A stretch of DNA of 24,325 nucleotides from Terriglobia bacterium (lineage in GTDB: Bacteria; Acidobacteriota; Terriglobia; UBA7540): NCBI GenBank assembly GCA_030040295.1, contig JASHTZ010000549.1, positions 1 to 24,325 on the forward strand, written 5' to 3'. How positions within the stretch are numbered: position 1 is the stretch's first letter; each line of letters starts with the position of its first letter. This document shows positions 16,025-24,325 of this stretch, piece by piece. The position numbers were made by a program, and so were the translations under genes. Under the pieces are notes generated by a model. That model searched no databases. It was not told the origin of the DNA and saw nothing but the letters and a program-made list of their open reading frames with translations.

Positions 16025-16519
16025 TCACGACCCCGGCAGCGTGTATTCGCCGTCCGCCTGGCACGCGAAGCCACCCGTTCCAGGATGACAGTTGAGCGTC
16101 CCGCCGCCCTTCAGCCCCTGGAATTTCCCCGTCCCCGGTTCGAAAGTCCATTTCGCCGTGGAGCTACGAAATCGCAAGTTGTCAAATTCCGCCGTGCCCT
16201 CACTGCGTGCGTAGACGCTGTCACCGTTGGCCATCAAAAAAACGTGGAACCATCGATCCGTTCCCTTGCCTGCGTCCATCTCGATGAAGCCGGTGGAGTG
16301 GTGCTCCTTCACGGCCACGCCGCCGATCTCCAATACCGGGTCCTCCTTGCAGTCCGTTTGCTCGATGCGATACACGTGGCCGGGATGATCCCCAACCTGA
16401 ATGGTGTATTCCGCCGTCGGCCGGCCGCACTGCTCGGAAACAGAAATCTTGGTCTGCGCCTGCGCCACGCCGGCAACCACCAGAATGGCCACCGCCACGG
16501 CCCAAGTGTGATTTTTCAT
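16025..16519 (-). CDS. Secreted beta-rich hypothetical protein, possibly allene-oxide-cyclase/dirigent-like barrel
   Basis: RBS GGAGG; signal peptide ..VAGVAQA|Q; alternating beta pattern; WTFEPGTGKFQGLKGGG resembles the GGTG.F.G..G motif of AOC-like barrels. Confidence 0.7.
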   Translation of the reverse strand: MKNHTWAVAVAILVVAGVAQAQTKISVSEQCGRPTAEYTIQVGDHPGHVYRIEQTDCKEDPVLEIGGVAVKEHHSTGFIEMDAGKGTDRWFHVFLMANGDSVYARSEGTAEFDNLRFRSSTAKWTFEPGTGKFQGLKGGGTLNCHPGTGGFACQADGEYTLPGS

Positions 16520-16578
16520 GGAAAGCCTCCTGCCCGGGATTGCGATGCGGGGAATTATACACCCGAGGAAAGCGTGCT

Positions 16579-16637
16579 GTAGCGCGTGTCCCCACCCGCG
16601 ATTCGTGATTCAACGCGGGTGAGGACACCCGCGCTAC
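16579..16637. repeat. GTAG-type REP doublet overlapping the stop codon of the 739-aa gene
   Basis: GTAG-CGCGTGTCCCCACCCGCG ... CGCGGGTGAGGACACCCGCG-CTAC, with flanks extending the inverted repeat (gctGTAG/CTACagc). Confidence 0.75.
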
Positions 16638-18853
16638 AGCACCTCAAGCTTTCCCGTTGATGCGTCCTTCGCAACCTCAAGCGGTTTCCACACCACGGTA
16701 TTGCGGCCGGCAGTATCAACGGTCGAGACTCGCAACCGATACTTTCCGGGATGGGTAATATTGAATTTCAGGCGAACGTCCCAACCGGCGTCTCGCCCGG
16801 CGTGGGTGGGCTTTTCAGCGGTTAGAAACTGATGGTTCTCAGGCTCCGGGCCGTAAAGCTCGCCCATCACCATGTTGTTGTAAACGATTCCGTCGCGTGC
16901 GTGGCCGACCGTGTAGTAGACGGGCGACGTTGTCTCGACCACGTGTGCGAGCGCGGAAATCTCCAGGCCGCCTTCTGACGCGGCTTCCGCCAACGTAACG
17001 CTCAATTCCGGCGGAGGACCCGGCGCGCGCGGCGGGACTCGGGGTCCATTCAAAACCTCATGCTTCCCTTCCGACTCCACTTCCACTTTCCCGTCTTCGC
17101 GAATACGCACAATTTCGTGGTAGCCTCCCAAATCAATCCCGGGCAAGTTCCAAAGCGAATCGAAGCTTTCGCCAAGCTTGATGCTGCGCTCGACCTCCGT
17201 GAAAAAGTTGCTCATCACTGTACGGTACTTCATTCCACGCTGGTTCTCCCGCTCCAGGTTGAGTTCATGCAGCCCCCAGAGAGGTCCTTTACCCATATAA
17301 ACATGGCCAAGCGTGTACCCGACTGGTAAAAGGAGAGCCTTCGTGGCATTTCGTGTGAGGGTATTCGGGTCCCGCCGTGGATGTGTTTCGGCATAAGCAT
17401 GCAGATGCCGAGCAAGTTCCAGAATCTCCCCGTGCGGAACCGCGGCCAAGCCTCCATTGTCCCAAAAGAAAAACCGCGTTGCGCCCAAATCGTACGCGTG
17501 CGTCAGCCAGAAGGGCGAATCCTCCGGCTGCACCTGGCCGTAAATGCTCACGCCCCAGGTCTTGTGCGTCGCGCGCGCAGCGCCGCGCAGAAATCCGTAC
17601 AGAATGTCGGTGAACGCGAGGGGATCGTCGGGTGGAATTTGCACTCCGTACGTCATATCCATTTCCGGCAGGGTGCGCCGTGTGCCGATGTGGCCGGGGG
17701 GCTCGAAAACAAAGGCTTCAGGGACCTGCGAGTCCTGCGATAGTTCGTAGTCCGCGGTGGCCACCATGGTTTCCCAAGAGAACAGATTTTCCTGAGCGAA
17801 ATGCATGTCCCCAAGCTTCACGTCCGGCCTTGCCGCGAGTTCGCGCATCAGCTCGTAGGGCGCACCCTTGAGGGCATCGGCATAATGAGTGCGGAAGGCT
17901 TCGAATGCCGCCTGCGGATTGATGCTGCGTCGAAACGCAACGTCCTTCTGAAGGCGCGGGCGCAGGACATAATCGCGCGTACCGACTGCAGGCTCGTCCA
18001 GAAAGATCGTGGGGCCAAGATACTGGCTGCGATAAAGCGACTCGGGAAATTTCAGCACCGCGCCGCCGCCCCAGTAGTAAAGGCCCAGGTCATCCGCCCA
18101 CGGCGCCTGTTCAGCATTCACTTGCACGCAGTTGATTCCCGCCTTCGCCATCTCGCGGTAATCATCCTGCGTCAGCTTAACGTATTCGTAGTCGGAGCCG
18201 TCGTAGCGGCGGGTTTCGTCCTTTTGACGGAGATTGCTCTCCTGCCCGACCAGGACGTCCGGGCGAAGCAGAACCACTTTCGCGTCGGGAGGAGCGGCGG
18301 CCGCGCCCTGGCTGAGCGACTGGCGCGTGTAAACCAAACCGAGGTAGCGTACCTCTTCCGGGAATGGCTCGGCTGCTGAGGATTCGCGCGTCGATCTCGG
18401 AAACAGGAATTCCCAGCCGCCCATGGCGGGAAGTTCTGCCCGACCCGTGAGCGCGTTGCGATATTCCCGCGCCAGAGATGAACCTTCCTGAAAAATGTAC
18501 CGAAATGTTGCAGCCCGCGCGGCCTTCAGCGTGAGGGGTGGATAGCCGGCGCTCAGCAAATAAAATCTGAATCGCTCGCCATCCGCTTTCGTGGCGCTCA
18601 GGGAAATCCACTGGCGGCCGCCCGCTGCTGATTTTTCAACCTCGCCCAATGCCAAAGTAAAGGCTTCAACGATTGAGCCCGCCGCAGTGCCCTCCTTTAG
18701 ATAATAAGAAGCTGTCTCCCCGGGCGGGCCGATAATTCCAGGGCTCATTGCGGACGTCGCCGGAAAATCCGCGGGGTGCTGGGCTTGAACTCCAAAAAAG
18801 CTCAGCAGGACAGCGCCGACGAATGGAATAATCCTCATGCTAGTCGTAAACAT
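16634..18853 (-). CDS. Large secreted hypothetical protein, possible glycoside-hydrolase-like TIM barrel
   Basis: Signal peptide ..FFGVQA|Q; long clean ORF; EMAKAGINCVQV, TIFLDEP, AYDLGATRFFFWD, then ALLLP.GY and a C-terminal beta-sandwich (GKYRLRVSTVD.AGR). Start is 18853 or 18838. Confidence 0.75.
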   Translation of the reverse strand: MFTTSMRIIPFVGAVLLSFFGVQAQHPADFPATSAMSPGIIGPPGETASYYLKEGTAAGSIVEAFTLALGEVEKSAAGGRQWISLSATKADGERFRFYLLSAGYPPLTLKAARAATFRYIFQEGSSLAREYRNALTGRAELPAMGGWEFLFPRSTRESSAAEPFPEEVRYLGLVYTRQSLSQGAAAAPPDAKVVLLRPDVLVGQESNLRQKDETRRYDGSDYEYVKLTQDDYREMAKAGINCVQVNAEQAPWADDLGLYYWGGGAVLKFPESLYRSQYLGPTIFLDEPAVGTRDYVLRPRLQKDVAFRRSINPQAAFEAFRTHYADALKGAPYELMRELAARPDVKLGDMHFAQENLFSWETMVATADYELSQDSQVPEAFVFEPPGHIGTRRTLPEMDMTYGVQIPPDDPLAFTDILYGFLRGAARATHKTWGVSIYGQVQPEDSPFWLTHAYDLGATRFFFWDNGGLAAVPHGEILELARHLHAYAETHPRRDPNTLTRNATKALLLPVGYTLGHVYMGKGPLWGLHELNLERENQRGMKYRTVMSNFFTEVERSIKLGESFDSLWNLPGIDLGGYHEIVRIREDGKVEVESEGKHEVLNGPRVPPRAPGPPPELSVTLAEAASEGGLEISALAHVVETTSPVYYTVGHARDGIVYNNMVMGELYGPEPENHQFLTAEKPTHAGRDAGWDVRLKFNITHPGKYRLRVSTVDTAGRNTVVWKPLEVAKDASTGKLEVL

Positions 18854-19056
18854 CCCTCAGGCAGCGAGTCCGCTTTGGCGCGGACGCCCATCCCCTGAAA
18901 GCCCGAGGATGGACTGGCCATGCTCTTGAGCGCGGTGCGGGAGAGTATATACCGAAGCCACGGCATTGCTTCTCGCACGTGAGTTTGTTTGCCAGACATT
19001 TTTTCCCCTTCGGTGGGGATTTGGGCTATAAATAGGTCAAAGCGCAGGAGGTAACC

Positions 19057-20187
19057 ATGAGTTTGACACGTCGCGGGTGTTTGAAAGCCATCAGCAAAGG
19101 TGTTGCGGCAGGGCTTGTGACCGGAGGGGGCGGAATGGCGTGGGGAGCGCGCACGGATTCGAAGACCGATCCGACCAAACTCGGCATGCCGGGACTTTAC
19201 CCCGGGCGCGTTGTTTCGGTGGAGAATCCCTCTGTGCTGGTCTCCGGCCACTATCAGGCCGAGCAGGTCCAGAAGATGATGCGGCGCGGCATGATGGAAC
19301 TGACCGGCGCGGATGGCTGGGCGGACGCCTGGCGGCAATTCTTCGAGCCCGGCGATGTGGTGGGCATCAAGGTGAACCCGGTGGGCCAGCCTCTGGTGAT
19401 CTCCGACGCGACAGTGTTGCACGAAATCGTCGCAGGCCTCGAGGTGGCGGGTGTGAAGCGCCAGGACATTGTGGTCTACGACCGCTACCGGAAGCAATTC
19501 TACAGCGGCGGATTTGACAAGTGGCTTCCTGAGGGCGTTCGCAATTCCTGGGCCGCGGAAGACGTGGACAACGTGCAGCAGAACATCTCGGGCTACGACC
19601 CCGACCATTACATGGAGATGGCCTTGACGCTGCCGGGCTACAGCCTGGATGACCCCGCGGCGCGGCGCTCCTATGCGGCGCTGTTCATCACCAAGCAGGT
19701 AAACAAGCTCATCAATCTTCCCGTGCTGAAGGATCACCAATCGGCGGGCGTGACCCTGTGCCTGAAAAATCTCTCGCACGGCCTGGTGAACAACGTCAAC
19801 CGCAGCCACTCAAGCCCAAGCCTGAACGTTTGTAATGAGTTCATTCCCACTGCCGTGTCGATACCGATCATCCGCAGTAAAGTGGTGCTGAACATTCTGG
19901 ACGGCGTGAAAGGCCTTTACAACGGCGGTCCGGGCGCGCGGCCGGAATTCGTGTGGGAACACAACACCCTGTACTTTTCCACCGACCCTGTGGCTACGGA
20001 CCACATCGGCTGGGAAGTGATTGACGCCAAGCGCCAGGCGATGGGAATGAAGATTCTGGTGGAATCGCAGCCGGACAAAATCAGCACCTTCGTCCACCGC
20101 CAGCCCGAGCACGTGGAAATCGCCGGCGCGCTGGGCCTGGGCGTGTGGGACCGCAAGAAAATCGATTTACGCGAATTCAAAGTTTGA
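19057..20187 (+). CDS. Tat-exported DUF362-domain protein
   Basis: RBS AGGAGG; TRRGCLK Tat motif; PGDVVGIKVN; KLINLPVLKDH..AGVTLCLKNL.HG; STDPVA.D. Confidence 0.85.
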   Translation: MSLTRRGCLKAISKGVAAGLVTGGGGMAWGARTDSKTDPTKLGMPGLYPGRVVSVENPSVLVSGHYQAEQVQKMMRRGMMELTGADGWADAWRQFFEPGDVVGIKVNPVGQPLVISDATVLHEIVAGLEVAGVKRQDIVVYDRYRKQFYSGGFDKWLPEGVRNSWAAEDVDNVQQNISGYDPDHYMEMALTLPGYSLDDPAARRSYAALFITKQVNKLINLPVLKDHQSAGVTLCLKNLSHGLVNNVNRSHSSPSLNVCNEFIPTAVSIPIIRSKVVLNILDGVKGLYNGGPGARPEFVWEHNTLYFSTDPVATDHIGWEVIDAKRQAMGMKILVESQPDKISTFVHRQPEHVEIAGALGLGVWDRKKIDLREFKV

Positions 20188-20393
20188 AGTCGTGTGATTA
20201 ACGTAAAGTGCAGAGTGACGGCGCGCCCTCCGCGCAAAAGCATTCACAGCCCATCCAGGCAAGGCCACGCGCGTACAACCACCTTCCGATAGCCCCGAAA
20301 AATCTGCATCCACCGCGGGAAGTTTTACCCAATGTGACCCACGATTAGTGTCGCAAGCCGTGCGTAATCAACATCGAAATTCCGACTGGCCTT

Positions 20394-20409
20394 TGGGCGC
20401 GGCCTTGCA
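20394..20409 (+). promoter_or_regulatory. Possible sigma54 (-24/-12) promoter for the 20454 gene
   Basis: TGGGCGCGGCCTTGCA has the GG-N10-GC spacing with TTGCA, 45 bp before the ATG. The CACG core of the consensus is not matched. Confidence 0.35.
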
Positions 20410-20453
20410 TACTCCCAACAACATGCCGAGACCAAACACCCGGGAGGTGTTCA

Positions 20454-20792
20454 ATGAAGCAAAAATTCGTCGGGCTGGCGCTCTGGGCACTGGCCATCGC
20501 CGTGGGGATAACAGTCGTTACTCCCATGCGGGCGCAATCCCAGAATCCAGCCCCGAGTCAGCAACAGGAACAACAGGCACAAACGCAGCAGAAGAGTGGC
20601 ACCTTCGTCGGAGAAATCGTCAAAACCAGCAACGGACAGTTTGCACTGCTGACCGATAAGGACCACGGCAGGGGCTTCTTTCTGGATAACCAGGAAAAAG
20701 CCAAACAATTTGAGGGCAAGGCTGTGAAGGTGACAGGCGTTTTGGACGCCTCGACAAGCACGATTCACGTCACCGATATTGTGCCTGCGTAA
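20454..20792 (+). CDS. Small secreted OB-fold-like protein (DUF5818-like)
   Basis: RBS GGAGG; signal peptide; Gln-rich linker; TFVGEIVK..GQFALL.D......LDNQEKAKQFEGK.VKVTG.LD....IHV..I. Confidence 0.75.
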   Translation: MKQKFVGLALWALAIAVGITVVTPMRAQSQNPAPSQQQEQQAQTQQKSGTFVGEIVKTSNGQFALLTDKDHGRGFFLDNQEKAKQFEGKAVKVTGVLDASTSTIHVTDIVPA

Positions 20793-20867
20793 TTCATTGG
20801 CCCAATCGTCCGCCCCCTACTGGTCACGGGAGAAAGGTCCTTTCCCAAGGCGGCCGGTTGAAAATTT

Positions 20868-20947
20868 AGGATGAAGTGTGAAGGACGCGGATTAATATGA
20901 TGATTGCTATCAACTCAAAATCCCGTTCATCCTTCGCCCTTCATCCT
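20868..20947. repeat. Inverted 7-bp repeat arrays between convergent genes
   Basis: aggatgaa (20868-20875) faces ttcatcct tcgccct tcatcct (20926-20947); the right arm overlaps the TGA stop at 20941. Confidence 0.55.
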
Positions 20948-21654
20948 TCCTTAAGTTTGGTTTGCATCGTCAGGTTCATGAGCGGCGTGACCTCGTGGAA
21001 TACGGCGAGCATAGACTCAACAAGGTCAACACCCGTCGATCCGAGTACCTCCTCTTCCGTCATTGGGAAATAGAGCTGAAATCCCGCCCAGTGGTTTTTC
21101 GGTGCGGCGGCCAATAAGCGGCGCACTTGCACCACTCCGGGAAAGTTTTTCTTGGAAAACCGCGCATTCTCCGTTTCCCAGCTCCCCGCGTAAAGGCTGA
21201 ATCCTTCACGCCGAACTAAGCGGCGCAATTCGCGCTCGATCGCGCTGCCTGGCCGCAGACCCTTGATTAGCCGGTGCCAATCCCAGTCCCGGCGCAGCTC
21301 GCACGCACGAAACGTGCGTGGAGCCTTCACGTATCCGCGCTCAATCTGCAACCCGCACTGGAAAATCTTCTCTTCGGTGTCAACGGAAATGAAAAACTTG
21401 GAACAGCCGAAGCTGACGTGGAAAGAAAGCGGCTTGGCTTCGCGATTGGCGCGTGGAAGGAAGGCGATCCAATGCCAGAATACGCCGCGCCCCCAGCGCT
21501 CCGTCACGAAACCCTGGCCGTAGCGTGCTTCCAGCCCCAGCTTCAGGATGCGTGTGATGCGTTCGTTTTCTTCCAGGTTTCCCACGCGAATGCCGCGGTG
21601 GAAATCCAGAAATTCCGGCCGGAAGCCGATCGCTGACGTGGGCAAGGGGCGCAT
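20941..21654 (-). CDS. Cytoplasmic hypothetical protein, 237 aa, weakly DUF2461/YktB-like
   Basis: Start placed at ATG 21654 (GGGAGG upstream); basic, Trp-rich; KFFIS.......F.CGLQIE; C-terminal helix DLVESMLAVFHEVTPLM. Confidence 0.7.
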   Translation of the reverse strand: MRPLPTSAIGFRPEFLDFHRGIRVGNLEENERITRILKLGLEARYGQGFVTERWGRGVFWHWIAFLPRANREAKPLSFHVSFGCSKFFISVDTEEKIFQCGLQIERGYVKAPRTFRACELRRDWDWHRLIKGLRPGSAIERELRRLVRREGFSLYAGSWETENARFSKKNFPGVVQVRRLLAAAPKNHWAGFQLYFPMTEEEVLGSTGVDLVESMLAVFHEVTPLMNLTMQTKLKEG

Positions 21655-21862
21655 GAGGGTTGACCTCCCAGGCGGCATCACTGCGCCTCGTGGGGCGGCG
21701 CGATTCTATCAGCGATTGCTTCGATTTGCACCCGGCGGATTCAAGAAGACTCCGCCTCCGGCTCGGATTAAGGGCCTCCCGCCCTCACGATAATCCGGAC
21801 GCATTGCGTGATAAAATTCACTCGACGTTCAATGCCTGGGTTTTACCCGAGGAGACTGTTCG

Positions 21863-24100
21863 TTGAAGAATTTTCTGATTCTCGCGATTGTGGCAGCCCT
21901 CTCAAGCGTACCCGCAATGGCCCGTGCCAGCGATCCCCCGAACTCGATCGTTGATCTTTCTCAATGCGCGTGGCAGACCTCAGTGGGCGCGCAGTTCACA
22001 ACGGGCGGTAATGAATTTGATCTTGAGGTCAAGTCCCTTCCTGAAGCCGCACCGCGCGCCGCGGTATGCTGGGCCCCCTTGCCGGGAAGCGGAGCCATGG
22101 AAGTTCGTGGCCTGCACCACGGCGCCGTGACCGAGCAAGGATGGACGTTTGCGTTTGAGCGAAGCACCGGCGAGCGGATTGACCTCTACCGCGGCAGCCA
22201 GGAACGCGAGTTCGCCTTCCCCGTCCCGACCGCCTGGGAGCACGACCGGCGAATTGGAATCGTCATCGGCATTCCGGGTGATAATCCCGGTTACCTGCAC
22301 CTCCGCGACTTGCGCTTGCAACCCGCCGAGAATATTTCCTTCTCTGCTCCCGTGCTGATCTCTCCTGCGGAAGGTCAGGATGTTACCGCACCGGCTGCGG
22401 ATTTTCTGTGGTCGTGCCCGCATCCCGGGCAAGTGGCGGGGTACGATTTGGAATGGGAGCGCGAAGGGGGTGAACCGCAAAAGGCGCGCATCGCGGCATT
22501 TTTCTCAAGCGATGCGCAGGGTTACTGGCCCAGCGACTGGCTTTCTCCAGGGAAATACTCCTGGCGAGTGCGCGCGCTGAATCTGGCTGGCAGTTTCGGA
22601 CCATGGTCCGAGATGAAATACTTTATTGTCCGCGAGGAAGAACCCTCGCGACCGTTGGACATTGTTCCCAGCACAAGCCGACCCGTCACTATTTTGAATT
22701 TGCCCTACGATGATGTGAAAGGCGCATGGTCGCTGGTCCCTGCGGACCTTCGTTCCAGCTTTTTGTTTCGCACCGGCGGCGCGCGGCCCTACATTGCCAA
22801 AATCCTGGCTGCCGCCCAGGCGGCGGGCGCGCCGATTGCGCTGCAAATGAACGGTCCGCACAACATCATCGCCGGTCGGTGGGACCGCGTTCCCCTGGCG
22901 ATGATCGAGAAATGGGCGCACGAATATTCTGCACTCAAGGCGTTTTACATCTGCGAGCAGCAGGTGCAGGGCGGCGTCAACAATCCGGAAGTCGCCAGCT
23001 ACCTGAAACACCTAATTGCTTTGGCCTCGGAGATGGGGCGGCCGGTTTTCTGGGCCGACGCCAATTGGGGAAGGAACATCTGGCTGGAAGTGGAAGCCCA
23101 CCCGGATTTCCGGAATTTCATGAAGGAACATTACGGCTACGTTTATCCTTTGTGGAAGATGAACGGCGGTGACGCGCCTTACCTTGCACCCGCCGGGCTC
23201 CTGGGACTCTGGCTCAGCCATACCGTGGCGGGCTGGGGCGCACAGCCGGAGAGCTACTACTGGACCGAAGCCGGATTCACCACCTTGGGAAATCAGCTCG
23301 ACTACAAGCAAGGCATCCGCACCGACGCTCCGCCCGTCATCTTTCAGGAACTGGCGCTGCTCGGAGCTTCGGCCGGCGCGCAGATTTATTCCTTTGAGCC
23401 CGCGAATGACTATTGGGACCCAAACCCGCCGCACGCCGACCTGGTAAACCTCATCTGGCCGTTCTTCCGAATGTTGGATGACTCGGTGATTCCCACTTTG
23501 CCGGAGGTGCAAGCGGCGACAATGGATGAACGGACCGTGGATTCGGCAGATCTGGTTTTTCGCAGCGAATACACCCCATCCATCAAGCAACTCTTTACCC
23601 GAACATTGGGAATCGGATATCCCTTTGAAATGGTTCCGGAATCGGGAAGCTGCTATTGGATTCCTTTTCTTCCACCCGCCAGCAACACTTCCGCAAGTAA
23701 ATTATCCTGCCTGCCTCCCGAACCCGGCAAGGCGGCTGTATTTAAGGCGGGAAAATCGATCTTTGTCTTCAATAGCCGCGTGAACTGGAATGAAGACCAA
23801 TCATTTTCCCTGAATCTTGCCGGCGCGCACGTATCCGGCGAACTGGGAACAAACGGCTGGGTAACGGTTCGCGAAGAAAATAACCGTCAGGCACGGCTGT
23901 GGTTCTTCGCGCGCAAAGGCTCGCATCTGGTGATGGATTTTGACCACCCGGTGGCGTGGCGGGCACTCGATGATGCGGATTCTTACCAGCCTTCTGACGA
24001 TTCGCAAGGGGAGGCGAAGGGCTGGTCAGGCGCGGTCCGGCACGTCGACTTTGCTGCTGACCAACAAACCTGGGATGTCAGTCTCCGGTTGGCCCCGTGA
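21863..24100 (+). CDS. Secreted GH98-like glycoside hydrolase with N-terminal beta-sandwich and FN3-like domains
   Basis: GAGGAG 8 nt before TTG; signal peptide; FN3-like PVLISPA...W......Y...GKYSWRVRA.N.AG..GPWSE; catalytic-like FYICEQ, GWGAQPESYYW, GAQIYSFEP; GH98C-like YWIPFLP and FVFNSRVN.NEDQ. Confidence 0.7.
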   Translation: MKNFLILAIVAALSSVPAMARASDPPNSIVDLSQCAWQTSVGAQFTTGGNEFDLEVKSLPEAAPRAAVCWAPLPGSGAMEVRGLHHGAVTEQGWTFAFERSTGERIDLYRGSQEREFAFPVPTAWEHDRRIGIVIGIPGDNPGYLHLRDLRLQPAENISFSAPVLISPAEGQDVTAPAADFLWSCPHPGQVAGYDLEWEREGGEPQKARIAAFFSSDAQGYWPSDWLSPGKYSWRVRALNLAGSFGPWSEMKYFIVREEEPSRPLDIVPSTSRPVTILNLPYDDVKGAWSLVPADLRSSFLFRTGGARPYIAKILAAAQAAGAPIALQMNGPHNIIAGRWDRVPLAMIEKWAHEYSALKAFYICEQQVQGGVNNPEVASYLKHLIALASEMGRPVFWADANWGRNIWLEVEAHPDFRNFMKEHYGYVYPLWKMNGGDAPYLAPAGLLGLWLSHTVAGWGAQPESYYWTEAGFTTLGNQLDYKQGIRTDAPPVIFQELALLGASAGAQIYSFEPANDYWDPNPPHADLVNLIWPFFRMLDDSVIPTLPEVQAATMDERTVDSADLVFRSEYTPSIKQLFTRTLGIGYPFEMVPESGSCYWIPFLPPASNTSASKLSCLPPEPGKAAVFKAGKSIFVFNSRVNWNEDQSFSLNLAGAHVSGELGTNGWVTVREENNRQARLWFFARKGSHLVMDFDHPVAWRALDDADSYQPSDDSQGEAKGWSGAVRHVDFAADQQTWDVSLRLAP

Positions 24101-24106
24101 TTTAAA

Positions 24107-24325
24107 TTACTGCGGCTTTTGACCCTTGATGATCCCGGCGCCCTCTTTAATGGTCAAAAACTGGTTGGCTTCAACATTGGAAAACCTCTCCACTTTCCGA
24201 GTGGTGGGCCAAGTCACCTCGATCGAATCAATTCGTTGCGTGGTCCCCAGCCCGAAATGCAGGCGCAAATCGCTCTGCGACATCACGCTGGCGCCGGAGT
24301 GAACCTCGTCAATCTGCGCGTGCTG
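24107..24325 (-). CDS. C-terminal ASPIC/UnbV domain of a CRTAC1-family protein (truncated by window edge)
   Basis: Hand translation: QHAQIDEVHSGASVMSQSDLRLHFGLGTTQRIDSIEVTWPTTRKVERFSNVEANQFLTIKEGAGIIKGQKPQ*, matching the ASPIC/UnbV pattern SQ....LHFGLG......IEV.WP. Confidence 0.88.
   Translation of the reverse strand, partial: QHAQIDEVHSGASVMSQSDLRLHFGLGTTQRIDSIEVTWPTTRKVERFSNVEANQFLTIKEGAGIIKGQKPQ

Noticed and set aside
20828-20846. Possible terminator hairpin gggagaaaggtcctttccc
   Set aside because: The stem needs a bulge and a 3-nt loop, and no U-tract follows on either strand.
1-24325. CRISPR array, prophage, transposase or defence island
   Set aside because: No regularly spaced direct repeats with spacers, and no integrase, transposase, nuclease or phage structural motifs were recognised; the repeats present are REP-like or heptameric.

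Overview
Bacterial genomic window, probably Acidobacteriota/Terriglobia (inferred from the gene families, not proven). No rRNA, tRNA, CRISPR array, transposase or phage gene was recognised. 1-6689 (minus strand) is the most interesting part: a tandem DUF2844/DUF3443-type array ordered DUF2844 (secreted) > DUF3443-A (3 Ig-like stalk domains) > degenerate DUF2844 > DUF3443-B (no stalk) > DUF3443-C (2 different Ig-like domains; runs off the left edge and is missing from the ORF track). The two complete DUF3443 lipoproteins carry a full bilobal pepsin-like aspartic protease signature (DTGS...GILG...DSGS...LG) and almost no basic residues. I propose this is a surface-displayed acid protease array with a small, basic and His-rich partner (hypothesis). 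7076-15808 holds a stand-alone Hpt protein, a membrane hypothetical, a GMC oxidoreductase with its Tat-exported small subunit, an FGE-sulfatase-domain protein, a PpiD-like foldase, a DsbA-like protein with a duplicated N-domain, and a Tat-exported NIPSNAP protein. 16025-24325 holds secreted unknowns, a possible GH-A-like TIM-barrel enzyme, a Tat-exported DUF362 protein, a DUF5818-like protein, a GH98-like glycoside hydrolase and the C-terminal end of an ASPIC/UnbV protein. Intergenic DNA contains three different GTAG-type REP doublets, degenerate 7-bp arrays and other palindromes. All family calls come from motif recognition by eye, and all counts are manual.
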